From positions 1,184,001-1,248,000 of the forward strand of contig CBDBOV010000005.1 in the NCBI GenBank assembly GCA_965208575.1: a stretch of DNA of 64,000 bases, given 5' to 3'. This document shows positions 50,935-61,784 of the stretch, one piece after another (the first letter of the stretch is position 1; the number at the start of each line of letters is the position of its first letter). The position numbers were made by a program, and so were the translations under genes. Below the pieces are notes generated by a model, which did no database searches, was not told the DNA's origin, and was given only the letters and a program-made list of their open reading frames with translations. Source of the DNA: Spirochaetia bacterium. GTDB lineage: Bacteria; Spirochaetota; Spirochaetia; SZUA-6; Bin103.

Positions 50935-53900
50935 GTGCTGCTGACCGCCATGCCGTACCTGCTCGGCGCCCAGTCCGAGCCGCCGGCCGCCGGCGCGCCG
51001 CCGGCCGGCGGGCAGGAGCGCCTGCTGTCGCCGTCCGGCCAGGCGCTGGTACGCGCGACGCTGTCCGAGCGCATCGCGGGGGCCGGCTACTTCGAGTTGC
51101 TCGACGAGTTGCGCGTGCTCGGCCTGGACGACCGCGGCACGCGGGCGGAGCTGGCCGCGCGCCTGCGCGGCCACTACGGCCTGCCCGCTCCGCGGGCCGC
51201 CGCCGGCGAGCCGTCCGAGGTGGTGCAGGTGCGGCAGGCCGGGTACGCGGAATATGTCACCTCGCCGGACACCGGGGCCGACTCGGTCGCCCTGCGCGGC
51301 GCCGTCGAGGTGGTGGTGCGCAAGACCGATCCGGACACCGTGCACGTGATCCGCGCCGACGAGGTGATTCACGACCGCGCGGCGCGCCTGCTCACGGCAC
51401 GCGGCGACGTCTCCTACGAGGTAGTGCAGGAGGATGAAGAGGCGCAGTCGGTGAGCGCCGCGTCCATGTCGTTCGACTTGCACAGTTCCAAGGCGGTATT
51501 CGTGGACGCGACCACCCGGCAACGGCGCCGCGGCGAGTCCGGACCGCTCACCTTCACGTTCAACGCCGCCGCCATCACCCGGCTGACCGACGGCACCATT
51601 GTCCTCGACGACGTCAGCTTCTCGTCGAGCCCCGATCCGATTCGGCCCAACTACGAGGTGCGCGCGCAGCGCATGTGGCTGCTCGCGCCCGGCGAGTGGG
51701 CGATGCAGTCCGCCACCCTGCGCGTCGGCCGCGTGCCGCTGTTCTACCTGCCGTACTTCGTGTGGCCGGGCGATGAACTGGTGTTCCATCCCGCGCTCGG
51801 CGTGCGCGACCGCGAGGGGCTGTTTCTCAACACCACGCTGTATCTGATCGGCCGCCGCAAGCGCGACGCGGATCCGTTTTCGGTCCTCAGCCTGACCGAT
51901 CCGGGCAACTACCGCGAGGAGCTGCGCGGCATGTTCCTGCGCAAGATTCGCGGCCAGGATCCACGCAGCGAGGAGCACTACCTGAAGCTGATGCTGGACC
52001 TGTATTCCCGCCTGGGCGTGTTTACCGGCGTCGCCGCCACGCTGCCGGTGGCCGGCGTGGGAGAGGCGAGTTTCCAGCTCGGCGCGGCGCGCTCGCGCAG
52101 CATATTCTATCGTCCGGCGCAAGGCGGATACACGGTGCTCGACGAGAGCGGGCGCTCACATTGGAACGATGCCACGCTGTTCGGCACGTCGTTCCCGCTG
52201 CGCTACGGGATCGAGCTTGCCGGCAACGCGCGCATTCGAGGCAGCTCGCTACGCGCGCGCATGGAAGTGTTCTCGGATCCCGACTTCCTGCGCGACTTCG
52301 GCAACCGCGAGGAGCGGATCGACTGGCCGGGGTTGCTCGGTTTCGAGGGCGGCGACGACGGCGCTCCGGGCCGACGGTCCAGCCTGACCTGGGAGGTGGT
52401 GGGCAGCGCCGACCTGAACGAACTGCTGGCCGGCGGCGCGCGCCCGCCGCTGCTGCAACGGGCGAGGATCACCAACGCCGGCGTGCGCTGGCTGTGGCAG
52501 AGCCGCGCCGATCCGGCGGTGCCGCTCAACGATCCGGATCCGACCCGCTGGTTCTTCTACCCCGCGACCCTGCGCGTGCCGGCGGCCGCGCAAGTGAGCG
52601 GGACGTTCTGGCAGTGGCCGGCGCCGCCGGCGTCCGAGCCGTCCGGGGAGACGCCCGCGCCGGCAGCGGTGGCGGGCCGCGGCCTGCGCCGCGCCGACGC
52701 GCCGCCGGCGCGGGCGGACGCAGGCGAGCCGGACGCGGACGATTCGCCGCCGCGCGCCGCGGCCGGCGCGGGCCGGGCGCCGCCGGCGCGCCACGACCAG
52801 TATCGCGCGCCGGCGGCGCCGCCGGTCGCGGCCGTGGCGCCGCCCGCGACGGCTCGCATCGGCTATCAGCTGACTCCCGGCGTCACCGTGGAGGCGACCT
52901 ACGGCAGCGATGCCTGGCGGGCCGCGGACGATGTCGACTTCGCGCTCGAATCGATTGTCGTGCGCGGTGAACACACCAGCCGCCTCGAGCAGAGCCTCGA
53001 TCTGTACGGCGGGCTGTTCAGCTTCGACCACGGGTTGCGGCACAGTCTGACCGTGCTGCTGCCGCACCGGCGCAGCGCCCTCGCCGACGCCGCCGCCTGG
53101 CAAGAGCTGGTGGAGCAGAGTCGCCAGCGCTCGCGTGCCAACCTGCACCTCACCAACCGGTTCACGTGGCGCCCGGTGCGCCATATCGCCGCCTGGCAGG
53201 ACTCCAGCATCACTTACGACATCGACCTGCGGCTTCTCAACGTGGTCTATCACGCGCCGAGCAGGGCGTACCGTACCCGGCCCGGCGGGTGGGACGCCGA
53301 TGGCGTCTCCCGCCATCGGCTGCAGACGGCTGCCGTCTGGAAGGTCGGTGATCATCCGCAACGGCTCACGCTGGCCGGCGACCTGCCGCCGCGCCCGCTC
53401 CTGCTCAGCGCACAACTCGATCTGCAAGCGGGTGTGGCTACCGCCGGCGCCGTGCTGCGGGCACGCTGCCAGGACGCCCACCGGACGCTCGGCGAGTGCC
53501 CCAAGCTGGTCCCCGATCCCCTGTCGGTGAGCGTCGGGGTATCCCCGTTCCCGCCGCTGTCCATCGCCGAGCGGGTAGCCATAGACCTGGTCCGGTCGCA
53601 GTTCGAACGGTCGGAGACGACCGTCAGTCTCGCCGGCTTGAGCGCATCGCTCATCGCCGTGCGTCCGCAGCCGGACGAACCGCTGCAGGCGCGCCAGTTG
53701 CGCCTCGGTTATTCCGAGTCGTTCGGTCCTCACTACGAGTGGCGCAACCGCATCCGGGTCGGTTTTTCCCCATCCACGAGCTGGACAGTCGATTTCGTGG
53801 AGCCACGGCGCAGCCGCTTCACGTTCACCACCGCTCTCACCGTGGCGGTTCACGAGTTCCTCGACCTCTCGTTCCGGACCTCGTCGAGCAACGACCGCAC

Positions 53901-54234
53901 CTATTGTTACGTGGCGGCGTGGGCGGACGATGCCTGCACCACGCGCGATCCGGTCGAGGACTTGTGGTGGTCGCTGGCGTTCTGGGACGAGGACAAGCGC
54001 CGCCAATCCAGCTTCAAGGTCGACCGCATCAGCCTGAGCGCCGTCCATCACCTGGAGGACTGGGATCTGAGCCTCGAATACTCCGCCCGTCCGGTGGCGA
54101 GGGAGGGAGGCTTTCGGGAGTTCTCTTCCGAATTCTCCATCTTCGTGCAGTGGATTCCGGTGCCCGAGATCCGCGGCCGCGTGGGCGGCGACGACGATGC
54201 CATTTTTCTCGGCGAATCCGCGGACGAGTCTTGA
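50935..54234 (+). CDS. lptD: LptD-like outer-membrane LPS/lipid assembly protein (spirochaete type)
   Basis: OstA-like N-terminus (IRADEVIHD..A.GDV.Y), RVGRVPLFYLPYF..P, HPALG.RDREG.F.NTT, long beta-strand C-terminus with HHLEDW.L and I.VQW.P.PEI. Start uncertain. Confidence 0.7.
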   Translation: MLLTAMPYLLGAQSEPPAAGAPPAGGQERLLSPSGQALVRATLSERIAGAGYFELLDELRVLGLDDRGTRAELAARLRGHYGLPAPRAAAGEPSEVVQVRQAGYAEYVTSPDTGADSVALRGAVEVVVRKTDPDTVHVIRADEVIHDRAARLLTARGDVSYEVVQEDEEAQSVSAASMSFDLHSSKAVFVDATTRQRRRGESGPLTFTFNAAAITRLTDGTIVLDDVSFSSSPDPIRPNYEVRAQRMWLLAPGEWAMQSATLRVGRVPLFYLPYFVWPGDELVFHPALGVRDREGLFLNTTLYLIGRRKRDADPFSVLSLTDPGNYREELRGMFLRKIRGQDPRSEEHYLKLMLDLYSRLGVFTGVAATLPVAGVGEASFQLGAARSRSIFYRPAQGGYTVLDESGRSHWNDATLFGTSFPLRYGIELAGNARIRGSSLRARMEVFSDPDFLRDFGNREERIDWPGLLGFEGGDDGAPGRRSSLTWEVVGSADLNELLAGGARPPLLQRARITNAGVRWLWQSRADPAVPLNDPDPTRWFFYPATLRVPAAAQVSGTFWQWPAPPASEPSGETPAPAAVAGRGLRRADAPPARADAGEPDADDSPPRAAAGAGRAPPARHDQYRAPAAPPVAAVAPPATARIGYQLTPGVTVEATYGSDAWRAADDVDFALESIVVRGEHTSRLEQSLDLYGGLFSFDHGLRHSLTVLLPHRRSALADAAAWQELVEQSRQRSRANLHLTNRFTWRPVRHIAAWQDSSITYDIDLRLLNVVYHAPSRAYRTRPGGWDADGVSRHRLQTAAVWKVGDHPQRLTLAGDLPPRPLLLSAQLDLQAGVATAGAVLRARCQDAHRTLGECPKLVPDPLSVSVGVSPFPPLSIAERVAIDLVRSQFERSETTVSLAGLSASLIAVRPQPDEPLQARQLRLGYSESFGPHYEWRNRIRVGFSPSTSWTVDFVEPRRSRFTFTTALTVAVHEFLDLSFRTSSSNDRTYCYVAAWADDACTTRDPVEDLWWSLAFWDEDKRRQSSFKVDRISLSAVHHLEDWDLSLEYSARPVAREGGFREFSSEFSIFVQWIPVPEIRGRVGGDDDAIFLGESADES

Positions 54235-54259
54235 CAGGTGCGCGCAGATGCCGCACGCT
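54231..54259 (+). promoter_or_regulatory. Putative sigma70 promoter for the phoH operon
   Basis: TTGACA-17 nt-CACGCT overlapping the lptD-like stop. Confidence 0.5.
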
Positions 54260-54406
54260 GGCCGAACTGGTATCGGCGTTCAAGTGCACAATGCAATCTC
54301 CGGCCCGTGACCGGGTCGTGACCGAAAACCCCGGGCGTGCAGCCCCCGGACGTGCCCTCGCAAGCGGGTTCGGACTGCCCGTGTCGGCGGGCGGCTTGGT
54401 TGAGTA

Positions 54407-55393
54407 ATGCCGCCTCCGGCTGCGGTCGCCCTCGACAACCTCAATTTTCTGCGTGAACTGTGCGGTCCCAACGACCGCAATCTGCGCGCTTTCGAGGGTC
54501 TGCTCGGTTTTCCCGTGCGCAGTCGCGGCAACGAGGTGCTGCTTGACTGCGATGACCCGCTGCAACAGCGCCGGTTCGCCGCCATGCTGGAGTGGTTGCG
54601 CGAACAGGCGGCGGGCGGGCGCGTGATCGACCGCTTCGCCGTTGCCGCCGCCCACGACGCGGTGAGCGCGGCGCCGCCCGCCGCGGCCGCGGCGGCTCGG
54701 TTGCTGATTCCCGGCGGAGGCAGCCGTATCTACGCACGCGGCGCCACGCAGGCGCGCTACCTGGCGGCCATCGATCGCTATGAGATGGTGGTCGCGGTGG
54801 GGCCGGCCGGTACCGGCAAGACCTTTCTTGCCGTCGCGGCCGCGTTGCGGGCGGTGATCGGGCGCGAGAAGCGGCGACTGGTCCTGACCCGCCCGGTGGT
54901 GGAGGCGGGCGAGAGCCTCGGGTTCCTGCCGGGCGACCTGGCCCAGAAAATCGACCCCTATCTGCGCCCACTGTACGATGCCATGGACGCCCTGGTTCCC
55001 GGCGACACGCTGCGCCGCCTCGAAGAGACGAGGGCGATCGAAATCGCGCCCCTTGCCTACATGCGAGGGCGCACGCTCTCCGACAGCTACGTCATTCTCG
55101 ACGAGGCGCAGAACACGACCCGCGAGCAGATGAAGATGTTTCTGACCCGGCTCGGCGAGGGTACACGGGCGGTGATCACCGGCGACATTACCCAGATCGA
55201 CCTGCCACGCCGGCACGATTCGGGTCTGGTGCACATCATGTCGGTGTTGTCTCCGGTGCGCGACATCTGCTTCGTCCGCCTCGGCCAGGAGGACGTAGTC
55301 CGTAGCGAGTTGGTGCGCAAGATCGTGCAGGCGTACGAGGATGCGGACCAGCCTCGCGAGCATGCCGGACGTCGGCCCCAAGCGGCTCCATGA
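54407..55393 (+). CDS. phoH: PhoH family ATPase (YbeZ-like)
   Basis: [49 protein letters not shown]. Confidence 0.95.
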   Translation: MPPPAAVALDNLNFLRELCGPNDRNLRAFEGLLGFPVRSRGNEVLLDCDDPLQQRRFAAMLEWLREQAAGGRVIDRFAVAAAHDAVSAAPPAAAAAARLLIPGGGSRIYARGATQARYLAAIDRYEMVVAVGPAGTGKTFLAVAAALRAVIGREKRRLVLTRPVVEAGESLGFLPGDLAQKIDPYLRPLYDAMDALVPGDTLRRLEETRAIEIAPLAYMRGRTLSDSYVILDEAQNTTREQMKMFLTRLGEGTRAVITGDITQIDLPRRHDSGLVHIMSVLSPVRDICFVRLGQEDVVRSELVRKIVQAYEDADQPREHAGRRPQAAP

Positions 55394-55995
55394 CGGTCGC
55401 CGACCCGGTGGTGGAAGTGCGTTGGGCCGAGCCCGGTGCGACCGATGGCGCCGCCGGTGCGGGAGCCGCGCTCGCCGACCTGCTCGAACGGTTCGGTCGC
55501 CGCGCGCTGCTGCACCTGAACTACCGCCTGGAAGTGTCGGTGCTGCTATGCGACGCGCGCTTGATGCAGGCGCTCAACACGCGCTACCGCGGCGTCGCCG
55601 CGCCGACCGACGTGCTGTCCTTCGCGCAGATGGAGGCGCCGCCGCCGCCCGCGGAGGAGCAGCCCCGCGGTGCCCGGTCCAAGAGAGCGGGCCCGCGCAG
55701 TTACGGTGCAGACTCACGCATCGCCGCGGCGCGCTGGCCGGGATGCGCGGGTCAGGCTACCGTGCCGGCGGTGGGAGACGTGGTGATCGCCACCGACGTG
55801 GCCGCCGGCCAGGCAGCCGCCCGCGGCGAGCCGGCCGAGCGGGAATTGTGCCGCTTGCTGTTGCATGGCATGTTGCACCTCGTGGGCATGGACCACGCCG
55901 ACCCTCCGCGCGAATGCGAGCCGATGCTGCAATTGCAGGAGCGGACGCTGCACGGCCTGCTCGGAGACGTGGCGCCAACCACACGACAGGATTAA
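55390..55995 (+). CDS. ybeY: rRNA maturation RNase YbeY
   Basis: LN..YRG...[23 protein letters not shown]. Confidence 0.92.
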   Translation: MTVADPVVEVRWAEPGATDGAAGAGAALADLLERFGRRALLHLNYRLEVSVLLCDARLMQALNTRYRGVAAPTDVLSFAQMEAPPPPAEEQPRGARSKRAGPRSYGADSRIAAARWPGCAGQATVPAVGDVVIATDVAAGQAAARGEPAERELCRLLLHGMLHLVGMDHADPPRECEPMLQLQERTLHGLLGDVAPTTRQD

Positions 55996-56005
55996 GGAGA
56001 TCGCG

Positions 56006-56818
56006 ATGGGTTTCCTGGAAAAGCTGCTCGGCAGGGCAGATCAGGACGACGATGACCTAGCCAACCTCGACGGCGCCGCCAAGGAGATGATCCAGGGCGT
56101 CGTCGAGCTTTCGCACAGTACGGTGAAGGAGATCATGGTGCCGCGCCCGGACGTGATTTCGGTGCCGCTCGATGTGCCCGCCGACACGCTTCTGGAACGG
56201 GTAGCGCAGAGCGGCCACTCGAGGCTGCCGGTGTATCACCAGAACATGGACAACATCGTCGGCGTGGTGTATGCCAAGGATCTGCTGCGCGCCCAGGTCT
56301 CGGCGGCCGGCGAGCCGGCCGGGGAAGCGGTGCTCGACCGCATCATGCGGCGGCCCTACTTCGTCCCCGAGACCAAGAAGGTCGACCAGCTCCTGCGCGA
56401 GTTCCAACTGCGCCGCGTGCACATTGCGGTGGTGGTGGACGAATATGGCGGCACGTCGGGAATCGTGTGCCTCGAAGACGTGATCGAAGAGATCGTCGGC
56501 GACATTCAGGATGAGTTCGACGACGAGGCGGAGGAGATCCTCAAGATCGGCGAGGGCGTCTACCTGTGCGATGCCCGCGTTCGCCTCGACGAGTTGAACG
56601 AGTATGGCGGGTTCGATCTGCCGGCGAACAGCTTCGAGACCCTCGGCGGATTCGTGTTCGACCTGTTCGGAAAGATACCGGTGAAGTACGAAAAAGAGCG
56701 CTACGGCAGGGCCGATTTCGTCATTCAGCAGATGGAGGGAAACCGCATCTCCAGCGTCAAGATCGTGAGCCGCCGCGAGTCTCCGGCCGCGGGCGGCGGC
56801 GAACACACAGCGGACTAG
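56006..56818 (+). CDS. corC: CBS-domain hemolysin/CorC family protein
   Basis: KEIMVPR, GHSRLPV, VVDEYGGTSG, EDVIEEIVGDI.DE, ETLGG; AAGGAG RBS. Confidence 0.85.
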   Translation: MGFLEKLLGRADQDDDDLANLDGAAKEMIQGVVELSHSTVKEIMVPRPDVISVPLDVPADTLLERVAQSGHSRLPVYHQNMDNIVGVVYAKDLLRAQVSAAGEPAGEAVLDRIMRRPYFVPETKKVDQLLREFQLRRVHIAVVVDEYGGTSGIVCLEDVIEEIVGDIQDEFDDEAEEILKIGEGVYLCDARVRLDELNEYGGFDLPANSFETLGGFVFDLFGKIPVKYEKERYGRADFVIQQMEGNRISSVKIVSRRESPAAGGGEHTAD

Positions 56819-56828
56819 GGAGGACGGG

Positions 56829-58013
56829 TTGCACGGCATTCGCAGCATGGGGGCGCTCGACCTGGCCGGGCGCCGGGTGCTGACCCGCGTCGACTTCAAC
56901 GTACCTCTTGCCGGTGGTGCGGTAGCCGACGATACGCGCATCCGCGCCGCGCTGCCCACCATCCGGGCCATTCTCGCAGCGCCGGACGCGAGCGTGGTGC
57001 TGATGAGCCACCTTGGCCGCCCCAATGGCGTGCGCCGGCCCGAACTCGGCCTGGCGCCGGCGGCTGAACGCCTGGCCGCGCTGCTGGAACGGCCGGTGCA
57101 GATGGCGCCCGACTGCGTCGGGCCGGAGGTGGAGCGCCGCGCGGCGTCCCTGGCTCCCGGCGCCATCCTGCTGCTGGAGAATCTGCGCTTTCACGCCGGC
57201 GAGGAAGTCGGCGACGAGGCATTCGCCCGCCAGCTCGCCGCCCTTGGCGATGCGTACGTGAACGACGCGTTCGGCGCCGCGCACCGCGCGCATGCCTCCA
57301 CCGCCACGGTCGCCCGGTACCTGCCATCCGGCGCCGGCCTGCTGATGGAGCGGGAGGTGGCCGCGCTCGGCAACCTTCTGGCGGCGCCCCGGCGGCCGTT
57401 CGTGGCGATCGTCGGCGGTGCCAAGGTGTCGTCCAAGGTGGCGGTGCTGGACAACCTGCTGCCGAAGGTGGACACGCTGCTGATCGGCGGCGCCATGGCC
57501 TACACGTTCCTCGCCGCGCGCGGTACCGCGGTCGGCAACTCGCTGGTCGAGCAGGAACTGGTCGCCGCCGCCGGAGCGCTGTTGGAGCGCGCCGGCGAGC
57601 TCGGCGTGCGGCTGCTGCTGCCCTGCGACCACGTCACGGCCGCCGCGCTGGCGGACGACGCCGAGCGCGGGGAGACCGAAGGCGCCGATATTCCCGCCGG
57701 CGCCATCGGTGTCGATATCGGCCCGCGCACCGTGGCGGCGTTCGGCGCGGCGATCGCGGACGCCGGCACCGTGATGTGGAACGGGCCGATGGGCGTGTTC
57801 GAGGTGGCGCCGTTCGCCGCCGGCACGTTTGCCGTGGCCGAGGCGGTGGCCGCGTGCGGCGGCACCACCGTGGTGGGCGGCGGCGACTCGGTGGCGGCGA
57901 TCAACGCCGCCGGCGTCGCCGACCGGATTTCGCACGTATCGACCGGCGGCGGCGCCTCCCTGGAGCTGCTGGAGGGCCGGGAGCTGCCCGGCGTCGCCGC
58001 CCTTCGGGAGTAA
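56829..58013 (+). CDS. pgk: Phosphoglycerate kinase
   Basis: RVDFNVP, SHLGRP, LENLRF, NDAFGAAHRAH, WNGPMG.FE, STGGGASLE. Confidence 0.97.
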   Translation: MHGIRSMGALDLAGRRVLTRVDFNVPLAGGAVADDTRIRAALPTIRAILAAPDASVVLMSHLGRPNGVRRPELGLAPAAERLAALLERPVQMAPDCVGPEVERRAASLAPGAILLLENLRFHAGEEVGDEAFARQLAALGDAYVNDAFGAAHRAHASTATVARYLPSGAGLLMEREVAALGNLLAAPRRPFVAIVGGAKVSSKVAVLDNLLPKVDTLLIGGAMAYTFLAARGTAVGNSLVEQELVAAAGALLERAGELGVRLLLPCDHVTAAALADDAERGETEGADIPAGAIGVDIGPRTVAAFGAAIADAGTVMWNGPMGVFEVAPFAAGTFAVAEAVAACGGTTVVGGGDSVAAINAAGVADRISHVSTGGGASLELLEGRELPGVAALRE

Positions 58014-58023
58014 CAACGGGAAC

Positions 58024-58800
58024 ATGACATCCGCAACGAGCAATCGCGCACCGTTCATCGCCGGCAACTGGAAGATGCACTTCACCCATACGGAGGCGGC
58101 GGCACTCGCCGCCGGGCTCGCCACCCGACTCGGCGCCTGCCCCGGCATCCGCGTGATGGTGGCGCCGCCGTTCACCGCCCTGCAGGCGGCGGCGGAAGCG
58201 CTGCGCGGCTCCGCCATCGAGCTGGGGGCGCAGAACGTGAGTCCGGCCGCCGCCGGCGCCCACACCGGAGAGGTGGCGTGCGAAATGCTGGCGGCGCTGG
58301 GCGTCGGCGTCGTGATCGTCGGCCACTCGGAGCGCCGCCACGTGTATGGCGAGGACGATGCGCTGATCGCGCGCAAGCTGCGCGCGGTGCTGGACGCCGG
58401 CTTGGAGGCGATACTGTGCGTCGGCGAGACGCTCGCCGAGCGCGAGGCGGACGCGGCCGCTGCGGTGGTGGCGCGCCAGTTGCGCGCCGCCCTCGGCAAC
58501 TGCTCCGCCGCCGACCTGGACCGCGTTGTCGTAGCCTACGAGCCGGTGTGGGCGATCGGCACGGGCCGTACCGCGTCGGTGGCGGACGCCGACGCCATGC
58601 ACCGCGAAGTGCGCGCCACGGTCGCCGAAGTGGCCGGGGCGCCGGCGGCCGACGCCCTGGTGGTGCAGTACGGCGGCTCGGTTAAGCCGGACAACGCCGG
58701 CGAGCTGCTGGCCAGTGCGCAGGTGGACGGCCTGCTGGTGGGCGGTGCGTCGCTGGAAGTGGACAGCTTTGCCCGCATTGCCGCCGCCGGCTCGAGTTGA
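58024..58800 (+). CDS. tpiA: Triosephosphate isomerase
   Basis: AGNWKM, GHSERR, AYEPVWAIGTG, YGGSV, LVGGASL. Confidence 0.97.
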   Translation: MTSATSNRAPFIAGNWKMHFTHTEAAALAAGLATRLGACPGIRVMVAPPFTALQAAAEALRGSAIELGAQNVSPAAAGAHTGEVACEMLAALGVGVVIVGHSERRHVYGEDDALIARKLRAVLDAGLEAILCVGETLAEREADAAAAVVARQLRAALGNCSAADLDRVVVAYEPVWAIGTGRTASVADADAMHREVRATVAEVAGAPAADALVVQYGGSVKPDNAGELLASAQVDGLLVGGASLEVDSFARIAAAGSS

Positions 58801-58832
58801 ACCGGCGCCACGGGTCGTGCGCCCGCGGGCCG

Positions 58833-58862
58833 TTGATTCGCGCCCTGCCTAGTGAGTATAGT
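58833..58862 (+). promoter_or_regulatory. Putative sigma70 promoter upstream of secG
   Basis: TTGATT-18 nt-TATAGT. Confidence 0.5.
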
Positions 58863-58909
58863 TGGCGCGGACTGCGCCGCTCTCGCGCGCCGCTGATCCT
58901 TCGAATGTC

Positions 58910-59383
58910 ATGGCAATAGTCTCGATTCTCATCCTCGTCGTGTTCGTCGTGAGCGCGCTGCTGCTGATGGCGGTCGTGCTCATTCAGGACGATCAGGGCG
59001 GCGGCATCGGCGCGATGTTCGGCGGTGGAGCCGGCACCCCGTTCGGTGCGCGAACCGGCAACGTAATGACCCGACTCACCTCCATTCTGGCGGTGATTTT
59101 TCTGGCCGCGGCGTTCACCCTGGCGTGGATGAATCGCACCCCCGACGCCGGCAACGTGATCGGCCGCGCGCGTGCGGAACGCATGCGCAGCATGGACCGC
59201 ACCGACTGGTGGGTAGCGGCGCCGGCGCCCGAAGTGCTCACCGAAGAAGCCCCGGCGGCGGTCGACGCGAGTCCGCCCGCCGTCGAGGGCGAGTCGACTG
59301 CGGAGCCGGTGGAGGCGGCCGCGCCCGCCGATGCGGAGGGCGAACCCGCGAAGGAGGAGGCCGCCGCCGAGGGTGGTGGTTAG
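58910..59383 (+). CDS. secG: Preprotein translocase subunit SecG with acidic tail
   Basis: VLIQ...GGG.G.FGG...FG....N...T; two TM helices; position after tpiA. Confidence 0.9.
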   Translation: MAIVSILILVVFVVSALLLMAVVLIQDDQGGGIGAMFGGGAGTPFGARTGNVMTRLTSILAVIFLAAAFTLAWMNRTPDAGNVIGRARAERMRSMDRTDWWVAAPAPEVLTEEAPAAVDASPPAVEGESTAEPVEAAAPADAEGEPAKEEAAAEGGG

Positions 59384-59458
59384 GCAGCCCGTGGTAAGAC
59401 TCCGGTTGCAATCGAGCGGCGATCCATCCCCGCTTCCGCGACGGGCTGCCCGGCAGCG

Positions 59459-60403
59459 ATGAAGGTCGTTCTGCTGATCGTGGCGGCCGTTGCCGTTCTG
59501 GTGCTCGGCAACCTGCTGGTGCCGGTCCCACGCGCGGCCATCGAGGTGGCCGCCGAACCGATCGGTCTCGGACTGGTCACCAATGCGATGCTCACCTCGT
59601 TCATCCTCAGCGCCGTCATCCTCATGGTGGCGTGGGTGGTCGGGCGCAAGCTGAAGTTGCGTCCCGGCGGCCTGCAGAACGTGGTCGAGGCGCTGATCGA
59701 GGCGCTCGACAACCTGGTCAGCCAGACCGCCACGCGTACCTGGGCGCCGCGCTTCTTCCCGATCTGCAGTACCATCTTCATCTTCCTGCTGATATCGAAC
59801 TGGTTCGGGATTCTGGGCCCGGCTCTCGGCAGCGTCGGCATCATTCATGCCAGTGATCACGGCACGCTGAGCGCCGGAGACATCACCTTTCTGCGCGGCA
59901 GCGCAGAACAGGTGCTGGCCGACTACGCCGCCAAGTCCGGCGGTGATGCCCACCACGGAGCGGACGAGGCCAGATTCGTCATCGTGCCGCTGCTGCGCGC
60001 CCCGAGCAGCGACCTCAACCTGACCCTGACGCTGGCCCTGATCACCATGTTCCTGGTGCAGGTCTTCGGGTTCTGGAGCCGCGGAGTGGGCTATGTCGGG
60101 CAGTTCCTGCGCTTCAAGAGTCTCAAGACCAAGGGCTTCGGGATGGGCTTGGTGGATGTCTTCGTCGGCCTGTTCGAAGGCTTGAGCGAGTTCGCCAAGG
60201 TGATCTCGTTCTCGTTCCGCCTGTTCGGCAACATCTTCGCCGGCGAGGTGATCCTGATCGTGATTACCAGCCTGGTATCGCTGGTCCTGGTGGTCGTGTT
60301 CTTCGGGCTGGAGATGTTCGTCGGCCTGATCCAGGCGTTCGTGTTCTTCATCCTTTCGCTGGCGTTCTTCCACCTGGCGACCGAGCACCATGAGGACCAC
60401 TGA
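59459..60403 (+). CDS. atpB: F0F1 ATP synthase subunit a
   Basis: P.GLQN..E, SDLNLTL.LA, SFRLFGNIFAGE, LE.FVG.IQAFVF..L. Confidence 0.95.
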   Translation: MKVVLLIVAAVAVLVLGNLLVPVPRAAIEVAAEPIGLGLVTNAMLTSFILSAVILMVAWVVGRKLKLRPGGLQNVVEALIEALDNLVSQTATRTWAPRFFPICSTIFIFLLISNWFGILGPALGSVGIIHASDHGTLSAGDITFLRGSAEQVLADYAAKSGGDAHHGADEARFVIVPLLRAPSSDLNLTLTLALITMFLVQVFGFWSRGVGYVGQFLRFKSLKTKGFGMGLVDVFVGLFEGLSEFAKVISFSFRLFGNIFAGEVILIVITSLVSLVLVVVFFGLEMFVGLIQAFVFFILSLAFFHLATEHHEDH

Positions 60404-60425
60404 CGACCAGGCGCGCAGCAAATGA

Positions 60426-60716
<291 letters not shown>

Positions 60717-60731
60717 GTCCAAGAGGCTACC

Positions 60732-61232
60732 GTGGAAGCTCTCGGCATCTCTCTGCCCGGGTTGATCGCGTATGCGGTCAACTTCGCGATCCTGGTGGTG
60801 CTGCTGCGCGTATTGCTCTACAAGCCGGTCAAGCAGCTTCTGGAGAACCGCAAGCAGCGCATCGCCGAGGGGCTTGACGCGGCCGAGCGCGCCGCCGCCG
60901 ACGCCGCCGAGCAGCGCGGCAGGTTCGAGCGGGAACTGGAGGAAGCGCGCGGCAGCGCGCAGGCGGAAGCCGCCAAGCTCGCCCAGCAGGCCGAGCAGGT
61001 GCGCCACGAGGTGCTGCAGGCCGCAGAACAGGAAGCCGCCGAGATCAAGGAGCGCGCCCGCGAGGAAATCGAGCAGGAGCGCCGGCAGGCGGAGGCCGAG
61101 CTGGAGCGGCAGGCCGCGGACCTGGCGATGGCGATCTCCCGCAAGGTGGTGGGCGCGGCGCTCGACCAGGCGGCGCAGCGGCGCCTGGTAGATCAGTTCG
61201 TGAGTGATCTGGGCAGCGGGGAGCGCCGGTGA
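60732..61232 (+). CDS. atpF: F0F1 ATP synthase subunit b
   Basis: NF.IL..LL...YKP....L..R...I followed by coiled coil. Confidence 0.94.
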   Translation: MEALGISLPGLIAYAVNFAILVVLLRVLLYKPVKQLLENRKQRIAEGLDAAERAAADAAEQRGRFERELEEARGSAQAEAAKLAQQAEQVRHEVLQAAEQEAAEIKERAREEIEQERRQAEAELERQAADLAMAISRKVVGAALDQAAQRRLVDQFVSDLGSGERR

Positions 61233-61747
61233 CCGACGCCCGCAGCTACGCCCTGGCGGCATTCGCGACCGCGGTGGAGCCGTGGATCGACGCCCTGCGC
61301 AGCGTGCACGGCAAGCTGCACGGAGACGCCGAGATGCTGGCGCGGCTGTCCGACAAGGGCGCCGCCTTCGATCACCGCCGTCGGCAGCTCCGGGAGCTGC
61401 TGCCCGAGTCGGCGAGCGCCGAGTGCGGCAATTTCCTCCTCACCCTGATGGAGCGCGGCGACCTGGGGCAATTGGCGGCTATCGTCGACTGGATGGGCTC
61501 CATGGCCAGCAACGGCCCGCAGGCGCGCATGGCGATCGTTACCACCGCCTACCCCCTGGACGGCGACCAGCGGCGTCGCTTCGTCGCCACCCTGAAACAG
61601 ACCCACGGAGCCGACCTCGGCGTGTCATTCGCCGTGGACTCCGCGATCGTGGGCGGCGTGGTGGTGCGCATCGGCGACCAGATTGTCGACGGCAGCGTCC
61701 GAACCAGGCTGGAGGCGATCGACGGCGCCCTGGCCCGCGGCGAGTAG
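61229..61747 (+). CDS. atpH: F0F1 ATP synthase subunit delta
   Basis: A.SYA.A; VD.AIVGG.VVRIGD.IVDGSV..RL. Confidence 0.93.
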   Translation: MTDARSYALAAFATAVEPWIDALRSVHGKLHGDAEMLARLSDKGAAFDHRRRQLRELLPESASAECGNFLLTLMERGDLGQLAAIVDWMGSMASNGPQARMAIVTTAYPLDGDQRRRFVATLKQTHGADLGVSFAVDSAIVGGVVVRIGDQIVDGSVRTRLEAIDGALARGE

Positions 61748-61784
61748 CCCGGGACAACCGTGACGAGGAGAACGATGACAGACG

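Noticed and set aside
56819-56828. Missing gap gene before pgk-tpiA
   Set aside because: Separation of gap from pgk is common; no remnant is visible and it is not informative by itself.
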